A stretch of 64,000 bases of DNA from Octopus vulgaris. Its lineage: Eukaryota. The stretch spans positions 10,850,001-10,914,000 of the forward strand of contig OX597832.1 of NCBI GenBank assembly GCA_951406725.2, written 5' to 3'. Positions 53,215 to 64,000 of the stretch are shown in pieces. Position 1 is the first letter of the stretch. Each line of letters opens with the position of its first letter. The position numbers and the translations under genes are program-made. The notes below the pieces were generated by a model. That model saw only the letters and a program-made list of their open reading frames with translations. It had not been told where the DNA came from and did not search any database.

Positions 53215-53510
53215 AAGAATATTTGCCATCTCAATATGGCTAACCACTAAGGGTGGATGTTACTGAAGCTTGTAGCCACAGGAGAACATCTTCTCCAGCT
53301 GGCTATTGAAACACTTTCTGTGCCCTATCGGTAGTTGCAAAGGGAGGTCATCCTTCCCTCGCCAACCTAAGTGATACGCACGGACTGCAGTTTCTGGGTA
53401 TTTATCCGTCATCAGCGCACGACAATCACCGGTTTTCGATGGAAGGGTCCCAATGGAAATATTTATATCCCTTTACCAGTGACTTTTCGTCACTGATCTT
53501 GTAAAAGTGT
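53215..53510 (-). mobile_element. Short hairpin-rich element with hammerhead ribozyme, embedded in AT-rich/(AT)n flanks (Penelope-LTR- or retrozyme-like)
   Basis: GC-richer cassette beginning right after an (AT)n tract; contains the hammerhead below plus four further hairpins. Confidence 0.7.
53352..53446 (-). ncRNA. Type I hammerhead ribozyme with extended helix I
   Basis: Minus strand CGUGCG-CUGAUGA-CGGAUAAAUACCCA-GAAAC[UGCA]GUC-CGUGCG. Helix I continues through GUGAU/AUCAC, AACC/GGUU, UCG/CGA and CCUUCC/GGAAGG. Confidence 0.8.
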
Positions 53511-53618
53511 ATACAAGCAATAATATATATACTTCACATAATAAATATACTTCATATTGTCGTGCAGTTACTGTCTATACCTCGTTCAGATATTTATTAT
53601 TGTATATATATATATATA

Positions 53619-54004
53619 CTAGCAGTATCGCCCGGCGTTGCTCAGGTTTGTAAGGGAAATAACTATAAAGCATTTTTAGAGAGTTATAGCCAAAAAATAG
53701 CAAAAAAAATGGAAAAAAAATTATGGTAAATTTTTTTTGAGAGTTAAAAAAGGTCGAGTTGGGTCCCCTAGACAGTCTGTGGTTTGTGTTTCTGATTCTC
53801 GACCCCATGTCGAATTTATCGATTTTTTTCAGAACTGGGGGAACTTTTCAAAATTTTCGCTGCGTTAGTTTTGAATTAGGACATTGGGCTATGTGTGTGT
53901 CAAGTTTCATTAGAATCGGTTGAAAGCCATGGTCAGGGTGAGGGTACAACCAAACAGACACACAGAAACACACACAGACAAACTGCCGTTTATATAGAGA
54001 GAGA
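53619..54004 (-). mobile_element. Non-autonomous Helitron with both termini
   Basis: The minus strand starts TC (TCTCTCTCTATATAAACGGCAG) and ends with hairpin CCTGAGCAACGCCGGG then CGATACTGCTAG. It is inserted between A and T with no TSD. Confidence 0.85.
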
Positions 54005-55164
54005 TATATATATATATTATACACATACATTCATAGATGTGCATCTGTGTATGTGTGTGAGTACAATGAAAATCTTATATAGTCGTTGTTTTGGCGCCAA
54101 TGACTAATCATATTCTCTTTTTATTTTTGTTTTATACTAGCAAACTTTGTACTCGTAAGCACTGCATTGATAAGTTATCCAATGTGTCATTTCTTTCAGA
54201 AGGCAGTAGGATTCGATCTGATAAAACTCTGGTTGTTATAGCTAGCCGGTCACATAACCACCTAAAGGCAACTTTGATTTGATTTGAACAATGATTACAT
54301 CCAAATCATTCTAGTTGTTGCTAGTAAGAAACGAGATTATATATTTCGTATGGTTTAAACTAATTATCCAAGCTACATCTTTGGGGAAATGCGTCCAGGC
54401 GTTTTAAATCAGCCAAGTACTTGACTTATAGCTATTTTGTACATAGTATAGGGAGGGGGAATGATATAAAGTTGTTCTGGGTGATGAGGTGAAAACAGAA
54501 CGTAAAGAAACTTCAGAAAATATTTACTTCGGCTTCTTAAAGTTTCTGAAACGTTACAGCTGTTCGTTTATACAAGAATATTACTGACAATGAAATATAA
54601 TATATTCTATTTCGGATCACATAAACGATCGGAAATTAATTCTTATATTTATATCTATATATAAATATAGACATATATAAAAACACAGGCGCTTGTGCGC
54701 TCACACACACATGTGTGCATATATCATATATTAAATTTGGATATGTCTTAAAATAAAGATATTTATCTGCATCCAACCGGATTTAACAATGATTATATAA
54801 TCAAATATATTTCCATATGTTTACTGAGATATTAAGGCTATAAATATAGCCACTTGTACGTTTTGAAATTCACAAGAGGTGTAAAGTTTATTGGTTCAGA
54901 GGGATAGGTGAGGTTTGCTTGCACATTTTTCGTTTTAACTTCTTCCTTTCCTCTTTTATCTCTTTTCCTAGCTTATGTTTTATTGTTTCCCTCGCTTCCA
55001 TTATTCAACTCTACTCTGTACATCCGGATTCTTCATAGATACATACAACTGTAAGTAAGCGTGGCACCAACACCCAAGAATGTGTGCACGTGAATATGTG
55101 TAAGCGTGATAGTGCCTTGCATGAACTCATAACCACAGACACACACACACTCGCATTCACACAG

Positions 55165-55195
<31 letters not shown>

Positions 55196-55789
55196 CACAG
55201 ATAGAAAGATGGGGAGAGAGACAGAGACTGGCAGATAGATAGATATATAGATAGATGCTTAGGAACCCCATCAATGAACACATGTATACGTTCGTAAATG
55301 CAAATAATTGTGTGCATTTGGAGTTCTAGTTTCAGCAGTATGTATTATACTGAAACTCCCAAGACGAGATCGAATATGAATCAGCTGCTCAATGTATAAA
55401 AAGAAATATTGACAGTTTCTGTCCCACAATGAACTAATTGAGACCTGTGATTCTATCCAGATTTAGTGTACCTATTTATATAATCTTTGTAATAGATACG
55501 TTCTAAGTAACAACAACAAATATAGAATTTTAAAAAAATTTACTACGTTGTTCAGAGGAATGTTTCCCTACGGAGGTATTTAAACTTAAGAAATGCTGGT
55601 GATTAGGATAACAGCTGTAATTTAAAACCATCTCAATATACAGTTAAGTGCAAAACAGTGCCTATGTAGAATCTCTCATTACTAGAAATAGCAGTCAAAT
55701 GTTTCTTGTATCATTCTCTACTGCTTTTTAAAATGAAAGATACTTTAATCCCTGTATCTCACATCATATTATTTACTTTACCATGGACG

Positions 55790-55985
55790 TGACGAGCTCT
55801 CAGATTTGTCAACAAGCCCGATAAAATACTTAGCGGCATTTCACTCGTCTTTACCTTCTGAGTTCAAATTCGTCATTACATTTCTTCCTTTCTCGTCGGT
55901 TAAAATACGTACTAGTCGAGAACTGGTGTCCAAGACATCAACTTAAACATTCTTCTAGAATTGATGGTTTTGTGCCAACATTTGA
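55790..55985 (+). mobile_element. SINE family B, degenerate
   Basis: GACGAGCTCTCAG...AAATACTTAGCGGCATTTC...TTCTGAGTTCAAATTC. Confidence 0.7.
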
Positions 55986-56399
55986 CTTTAGCTTACCTTT
56001 TTGTTGATTTTAGCTTCACTACAGAGATGTTGATAGAAATACAAAACAACTCCAGTAGTTATTTGGAACAATATTCTTATGACACTAAAAGTAGAAACCA
56101 ATATTATTCTTACCGGTATTTAAAATCGAAGTATAAAAGATATTAACTACATGCTGCTTGCATTTTGTAATAAGCTCTAACGATTTTCCCAATGCATTTA
56201 CAATTAGATAATGAAGTTGTAGACACAATATCTATACAAAGAAAATAACAATGATAACGATTGGTTTCCATTGTCATCTATTATTTGACAACTTTCACCT
56301 AAGATATAGCATTAACAATTTCGACATTGGCGTTAATTACAAATACTTCGTTTATTCCATCAAAATTATTAGCCAAGCTGTTCCAGGAGTAAACATGGG

Positions 56400-56728
56400 T
56401 AAAGATCTCCTTTGGTCATAAATGACCATGGGATTGCGTCTAGAAAGTTCCCCTCCGAGGCACATATCAAGGAAAGTGGATCTACGGAAGACCAGCAGTT
56501 ACCATTGCATACCAGCATCCCCTCTTCATGCCACCGATGTTATCCAAGAGAAAGGCTAAGACTGATACAGCTTGGCACCAGTAACGTCGCAACTCATTTC
56601 TACAGCTAAAGGAACTGGAGCAACGCGACAGAATGTGTCTTGCTCAAGAACACAACATACTGCTCGTTCCGGGAATCAAATTCACCACCTCATGGTTTTG
56701 AGCCCGATGACCTAACCACGGAGCCAAC
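56400..56728 (-). mobile_element. tRNA-derived SINE family C
   Basis: Minus-strand head GGCTCCGTGGTTAGG...TTTGATTCCCGGAAC, then TGTGTTCTTGAGCAAGACAC...CGTTGCTCCAGT...AGCTGTAGAAATGAG, a CORE/Deu/Nin-type conserved domain by resemblance. Confidence 0.75.
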
Positions 56729-57526
56729 GACTACAGTTGAGAATAATGTATAGGGTCAACACTTTTCGTTTTTTTCCGATGTTGACACGCATCTAGCCAT
56801 AAGAGTGGAAAATATACAGAATTAAATAATATAATAAAGTTATGACACCCGCAAAATGGGAATAGTTCGAGATGTGCTAAATTGTTGCAGAGAATTGTAT
56901 AAATATTTAAAACATTTATACCCAAATGGCGTGAAATTATTATTTATTCAATAGATTTTAAACCTCTACAAGAAGACATAGATTATCATCTTTAGTTGTT
57001 TTCCCGGTTCCTGTAGAGACAACGAATGTTAGCGATGGAGTATACAGTCAGTAATTCGACATAGGTGTTATTAAAAGCAAATACGTATCTCTATCAAACT
57101 AAAATAGAATATATCTGCAAAGGCTTCAACAGAAACCAATGATATAGTTTTGTTGATCAGCTGCTGAAAGATATACTTCCATCAACACATTGCTGAGTTA
57201 CATTTTGAGCACCGCTTAAGACGTTAAATGTGTGTTATTGTTTATTCTACTTCATACCAATTGATAAATACGTTTTTTCTATTCCAGTGAAGGGTATGAA
57301 TCCAATGCTAGAATACTTTTGTGTGTGCTTTTCTTACATGCATACCCATATTACAAAGGATTCATAAGTCTCTCGGCAAACAAGGAAAACGAGGGCTTTA
57401 GATGCATTATTTCTTAACTAGGCTAACTATCATATCTGTAGCTCTCATTCGAATGCACAATTGTAGTGAAATTTATTTGCGGCAAAAACACGTAAAGTAA
57501 GTAAATAAGCACTGTTTCCACAGTAT

Positions 57527-57571
57527 AATAAGATATACCGAATAAGATATACCGAATAAGATATACCGAAT
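57527..57571. repeat. Perfect 14 bp tandem repeat x3 (AATAAGATATACCG)
   Basis: Read directly. Confidence 0.95.
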
Positions 57572-59969
57572 TAGAATAGTGTCGTTTACCGAGACAGCGA
57601 AGGAGTCTTTGTGTTGTCACTTGGTCTATCTAGAAATCGAAATCTAATTTCAATAATTTCACATTCAATCATGTTCTTTTTTAGGAAATGAACACAATGA
57701 ATAATGAGCTCTTGGTTTCTGTCTATGAGTAAAGAAAGCACGGGATAATCGTTGCTGGAATGCACTTGTTCATGTGTATTCTGAAACAAATTTAAGTTGG
57801 TGATAATTGACCCAGAATTAACCAATCCTTGCAGCAGTTATCATTTAAATCAGTGACTTTTTATTTATTTATTTATTTATTTATTTATTTTTCTTTCTTT
57901 CTTTTTTGTTTTCTTTGAGATGACACTGCTGTCTCAAATTTATCTTGTAATATTTTCCCATAAAATATATCTCCGGGAACGACTTCGCTTTATACTTCTC
58001 CTGCGATTGTTACTGTAATACCAGTAATATTTTGTGGAAAGTTTAATCGACTTATTCTTCTTCAAATAGTCAGAAAATTCCGCTGTTTAAAAGCAACATA
58101 GTTTTCTTTGCACTTTAACTTCGCCAGAGTTCAACGAGCTTAAAGACGCAAGTATTCATAGCAATCTCAACATGCAGTAGACATACAAAGCTAGAACATT
58201 TAGATAATGCCCTGGTTTATAGGCTCACTGTTCTCTTTCTCCATTTCCCCCAAATATTTACATTTATGTTTATATCGAATTTACATGATGATAAAACAAT
58301 ATAATGTCAACTTACGCTTGTCTTTATTACTTATATTCGAAGAGAATTATTACTGTTATTTTGAATAGACATGCATAAATCTCTTTATATGATGGCACAA
58401 TCTGCTTGAGTTTCTGATATATCATAAATTATTACAGAATTCTTAGTGTAGCACATAATAGAACATGATATAGATGTTATGATTATTTAATGATTAGTCA
58501 AAGATAAGGCGTAATTAATTCATCACAAGGATAGTTTAATGCATTCTCCTAATATATCGTTTATAATTTGCTATAAAATAAATCAGAAAGGCACTTCTGA
58601 AATTTACAAGCATATAATAAAATTGCTGAAATCAGAATTAAACTCCCCTAATGAAACACCATATGCGTGTGAGTATACATGCATATAGGGATACATACAA
58701 ACACACACCAACATACAAACATACACATACGAACCAACACATACATAAAACAACACGTATAATATATATATGATTGACCTTAAATGCGCTGAATTAATGA
58801 GTTCTTATTAAGTGAAAAGACATAATACCTAATTTTCTCTTTATACTTAACACAAGCCTTGTATATGATAATCTCTAGGAATTGTATATATATATGTTTT
58901 CGTTTCATAATAGTCCTAGGACATGAATAATGGAAGATATCGTATCCGATGATATCATATATGAGGCTTATGTAATGCCATAGATTTAATTAATTGTTGA
59001 GACATTTTTCATCTATCATTTATTACTAAGTATTGCGCTTTTGTACTGTTTAGTTAAACTCCGGGGCAATTCCTACTTATTAAGTACCTTCATAATCAAG
59101 TACTACCTAGAACTAAAGCATGTTGTTCCGTTGTTTAAGGAGCTACATGATGTCTATGGAATACTTGGATCTTATGTTAATCTGAGTAAGTGGCGATGCC
59201 CCTATTAATAAAGCGTATGGAAATTCTTTCCTGCAACATGAATTGAAAGTTAAATTCTTTACTCTGTATACAAAAGCCTTATGCACATATTCAATCATGT
59301 GTCTAATCAGCAATCTAATTACTATACAGAGCTATGTCATTCTAGAACTAGCAGTCAGCCAGAGTTTCGTTCATCGAAAAGGACCTGCTGAATAATGGGG
59401 CTTAAGTTTTCTTACAGCACAAATATATAAAAAACTTTTGTCCATCGTTGATATAACTTACAGCACAAGTCTGCCTAGTTGATGTTGAAACTGGGCTAAA
59501 CATCAGCAATTACTTCAGTAGAATAATTGTTGTTCAGTGTCATTCACCACTGTTGTTCAGTGGGAAAATATAATCAATTTTTCATCTCTAGAAATTATTT
59601 TCTGTTATGTTCTTCAAATCTTGTAGAAAACTTGTTTTTCTAAACCATGTTTTACTTCAATTAATTTGACTATTCTATTTACGGTATATCCTTAGGCGCT
59701 TTTTCTACGCAGTCTGAGAGAGTGAGAGAATAAGAAAAACAGTTTGATTGAGAACGGGCGAAGTTAAGAGGGGGAGAGACACAGGCAAATTCAATTCGCT
59801 GGAAGAAGACAGAGGAAGTGTGCCTATAATATATGTCAATACCAAATATATGCCAGTACCACCTGCTGAGTTTTCTTTCATACTGTTCAGAGATTCTAAT
59901 ATTTTTGCATTTACATTTACGCTACCAAACAAAAATGTTTTTGACTTGCCTGAGTCAACATACATTGGA

Positions 59970-60510
59970 GAGGGAACTGTTAGTGTCCAAATAGTTATTA
60001 TCGTAACATAATTAGGGTAACAGTTATATTGATAGGGATTCCATTATATGCCTAGGTAAAAGTATTCGACAAAAATATGTTTATTAGAGGAGTAATTACT
60101 GGTGTCGGAAATCTTTATATTCTACACGTTCATTAAAAAGTTCCCAAATAATGTGGAAAAGGAACTGTTAATTTTCAAATAGTTATTATAGTAACAAAAT
60201 AAGTATAACAGTTATGTGCTTAGTTATTCGAATATATAGGTGAAAGTATTTAAGAAAAATATGATTATTACAAGAGTAGAGAAACCCTTTGATTCAGCAC
60301 GTTCATGAAAATTTCCGCAATAATTTGGGAAGAGAACAGTTATGTTTTAAACAGTTTATTATAGTAAAATGATTAGGATAACAGTTTTGTTCATAGTGAG
60401 GTGAATATATAGATGACAGTATTTGAGGAAAATATGATCATTTGAAGAGTAGAGACAGGCGTGAGAATCCTTTTTATCCTCAACGTTTATGAACTTTCCG
60501 ATATAATTTT
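59970..60510. repeat. Diverged tandem repeat, ~3 units of ~175-190 bp
   Basis: GAAC(T/A)GTTA...AGTT(T)ATTAT(C/A)GTAA...TAACAGTT...AGTATT...AAAATATG...ACGTT(C/T)AT recurs from ~59973, ~60161 and ~60334. Confidence 0.8.
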
Positions 60511-60640
60511 TTGTTGATCTGTGCTATCGAAAAATAGAAATAACTAATATAATATATTTTCTACTTTTAAATGTGTTTGATCCGGCGATAGTTAAGGTAC
60601 CAATAACTTCTCTAATGTTTGTAGGGAAAAGAATATAAAC

Positions 60641-60739
60641 CTGTAAACGGGAATTGGATATCAGGAGTTAATCCAGGGCTTTCCCATGGACACAATCCAG
60701 GGCTTTTACGTGGACCAATGAGCAGAATCTGCAGTATAC
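60641..60739 (-). CDS. Candidate 99-nt symmetric exon of an unknown gene
   Basis: tgtgcattttgttacag|GT ATA CTG...TTT ACA G|gtttat with one open frame, ILQILLIGPRKSPGLCPWESPGLTPDIQFPFT. The donor is weak. Confidence 0.2.
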
Positions 60740-62296
60740 CTGTAACAAAATGCACAATCAATGGGAAATACTTGCCCGTGTCACCGTATCTTCGTGTATG
60801 TTCTTTACAAAGGCATGGAATTACTAGATTTTACATTTTGATTTCTTTCCCTATACGATATATATCTTAGACATAGAGAGATATTTCCTTGAAACTATGG
60901 CTGACATCTTTGCTTTTTAAAAATGAACTTACTGTACATTTGTCCACCTGTACACTGTATACAAGAATTAATATGAATAAAATGAAGCATTTCAGAGAAG
61001 CTCCATTCTAGTTTCTTATTTTGATATTATAATATTTTGCTGGTGCACGTTTACCTAAATTCAAAGAAATATATTAGATCTCTTATATTCTTTAAACGTG
61101 AAATCAATTCTTTCCATTGTTAGTATAAAGCATAGGTTTGACATTTTATTATTCATATCATACCTCTTCTACAATAGCATATTTCATATTTATTTATTTA
61201 TCGATAAACGATAGTTATACATACAAACAAACCTCAAACAAAATATTTTGCCAAAAATAATATAATGTAACATTGCTTTATAGATACAAAAATTATACAC
61301 CATATAATGTTCTTTGTAATAAATTCTTATCATGTTTGCAGATTTATATATTACTTTTCTACTGTGTTTTTTTTTCAATTAACTCGCATAATTTATGACA
61401 TGACTTGGAATTATATTTTTCGTCTCAATAATACTTAAAGATTTGTTCAAACAAATCATGCCGCGTTTGTTCAGCATGAATAGAGAGTTACAAAAACAGA
61501 TTATGTTTTTAAATATATCTTTCTTGACAAAGAAACATTGTTCAATTCAGCATTTGCTTCTAGATGAAAAGAGAGGAACACAGCGGTTGTCTTGAATGCG
61601 AAGAGATATAATTGTATCTTGTTACAAACATTCACATAAGGGTGTAACAGAAACAAAGATAACGGTGCGGTTAAACAAATCAAAACAATATACATAACAA
61701 TCACCTTGACTTAAAAACTCACAGATGCATTTAGCATATCCACAAAGGTTGTTTACCTGTCTATTTCAATTTGCATGTATATATGCATGTTTGTATGAGA
61801 AGGAGAAAGAAAGAATAAATGAAAAAGAAAGAATGGAATAGATACACATATGTGTATCTATCAATTCAATTCTTTCTTTCGTTTTTCATTCTTTCTTTCT
61901 GTCTTTCTTTGTATCCCCCCCTCTCTCTCTCTCTATCCCTCAATTATACATATATATATATAACCAACTGCGAATGTCCCTTGTATCGTGTTTTTGTCTC
62001 CTTTTTCTGTTCTATATGTTTTGCCCCAGTTTTCGTTTTTTCCTTCCGTGTCTAACTTTTGAGATAAATATATATATGTATGTGTGTGTGTGTGAGACAG
62101 AGAGAGAGAGCGTGTCGATGTGTCATAATTTAGAATAAACAGTAAAAAGTTGTCATTATAGTGCACGGGGTTTCAAATGTCGGAGCAAAGAGCTACGATG
62201 CATTCTCGCCGACTATTGAACGCTTTGAAAAACCGTTGAATAAAAGGGAAGTTATTCTAATAGGTAGAAACGAAAAAAGAAAAAAGGGGAAAATAC

Positions 62297-62335
<39 letters not shown>

Positions 62336-63408
62336 TGTGAATGTATGTCTATATATATATATGTATAATGTTACGTGTATCAATATAAACAGCTATGTAT
62401 ATATGACGATAAGGTTACGTACACGCACACACACATACATATATATATATATATAGATACACACATGATGCGTGTATGTTTGAATGTGTGTGCTACTATG
62501 AGTACGTACATACGCATAGATATTTGTGTGAGTTTGTAAGCATGTAGACGTGAACCCAGGAAGTTTATGTCTATATATTGTGAGAATATGATTGCGTGTA
62601 TTTTTTTATGGTTTTCCTTTTTTCCTTCTCTAACTATTAGAGTGAGTTCCCTTTTCTCCGATGGTTTCTCAGAGTGTCATATATATATATATATATATAT
62701 ACATATATACGAAAACAAAATATAAGTTACTATATTTTTAATAACCTATTACTGTTGTTACAGTACCATTTTGTTTTTAACGACATTATGTAAAAATGTT
62801 TCGTGTAAAACTTTATGTAACATTAGGTTATCACTTCATCAGAATATGATGAAAATGTGTACTGTAGCATTTTGAGGCTGTCCAGCGTCATAAATAAATT
62901 ACTTAAACCGCAGTTATTACGTAACTTTCAAATGAATTTCCTGCGTGGGAAGGCATAAGAATAGCAGAGTTCCTAAAGTCTGTCATATTTGGAGTATATT
63001 TTATCCTTAGGTGTTCTGAAAGTTCTTTCTTCGCCAGCAAAATGCAAGAATGCAGATAACCCCGAGCAGGAGTTAAATGCTGCACTGAAAATACCTCAAT
63101 TTCTTTACACCTTAGGGTACATACTGGGATCCCTTTACACTGTAAACACAAGGTGTCTTGAATGTTAATCATATATGTCGATATAGTAAAGCGGTTATTA
63201 CGTATGGGGAAATGAATTCCTGACACCTAATATTATCGAAAAGCTTTTGGTTGTTCAAGTAAAAGATAATATAACCGGATTTCATTTAATTAATATCAGG
63301 AAATTAAATGAAAAAATCTTGTATGTTGTACAAGTTGTTTCAAGCATTTATATAGTTATAGTTCGATTTCAATATTCAAAATTAATAAAAAAGATCTCAC
63401 TTATAGTG

Positions 63409-63448
<40 letters not shown>

Positions 63449-64000
63449 TTAAGCTTGGACATAGGGTCCATCACATAAGTGATTCTAGTGATTTCTAATC
63501 TCAGAACTAGACAACAAATAATCGTCGAATAACCACAAAATATTACTGGAATAATTGATAATTAACAGAATGCAACTCCTTTGTGAATCGAACATACAGC
63601 ACAAGGATCTTCAGCCCATCAACCTAGCCACAAAACAAAGTGCCTGCACTTGCATATATGTGTGTGTGTCTTTGTGTTTGAGAGAGCTTCTAAATTTCAT
63701 TATACACGGCTAAAATTGCTTTTTATGTATGTAAGAGATATGATGGCAACTCCATCTTGAAATATGTAAATATATATAAGTATGTACGTATCTACGTATG
63801 TATACATGCATGTATGTATGTTTGTATAAATGTGTAAGTTTATCATTCTTTGCATTGGTGAATAAAAACGTTATTGAAAACATGATAGAATTAAATAATT
63901 TCTTCGAGACAAGCGTCTTTAGAAACTTCTGTATTTTTGTTATCAGTTGAAGAACCAGAATGATTTGCTGTTGGCTAAATAAAAATGGAGAGAAATAATA

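Noticed and set aside
57527-57571. CRISPR-like direct repeats
   Set aside because: Head-to-tail 14-mers without spacers in eukaryotic DNA; a simple minisatellite.

Overview
AT-rich, repeat-dense eukaryotic (animal) non-coding DNA, probably intronic or intergenic. The (AT)n/(AC)n/(AG)n/(ATC)n microsatellite load and the two abundant tRNA-derived SINE families resemble coleoid cephalopod (Octopus) DNA; this is pattern recognition, not a database result. No intact protein-coding gene is supported, and most listed ORFs are microsatellite translations. Recognisable remnants: two mariner and one Tc1-like transposase fragments, an L1/Tx1-clade ORF2 tail, an RLE-type (R4/Dong-like) LINE tail, a non-autonomous Helitron with complete termini, a ~1.1 kb fold-back element and about 20 SINE copies or fragments. 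The most interesting signals are short non-coding elements carrying type I hammerhead ribozyme motifs. One (53352-53446, minus strand) has a canonical core and a long extended helix I inside a hairpin-rich cassette. Another (26040-26490) is a palindrome in which a tRNA-like Pol III head is joined to a hammerhead-bearing tail. A few candidate isolated exons, including an 11-nt microexon, and a promoter-like motif cluster are reported at low confidence.
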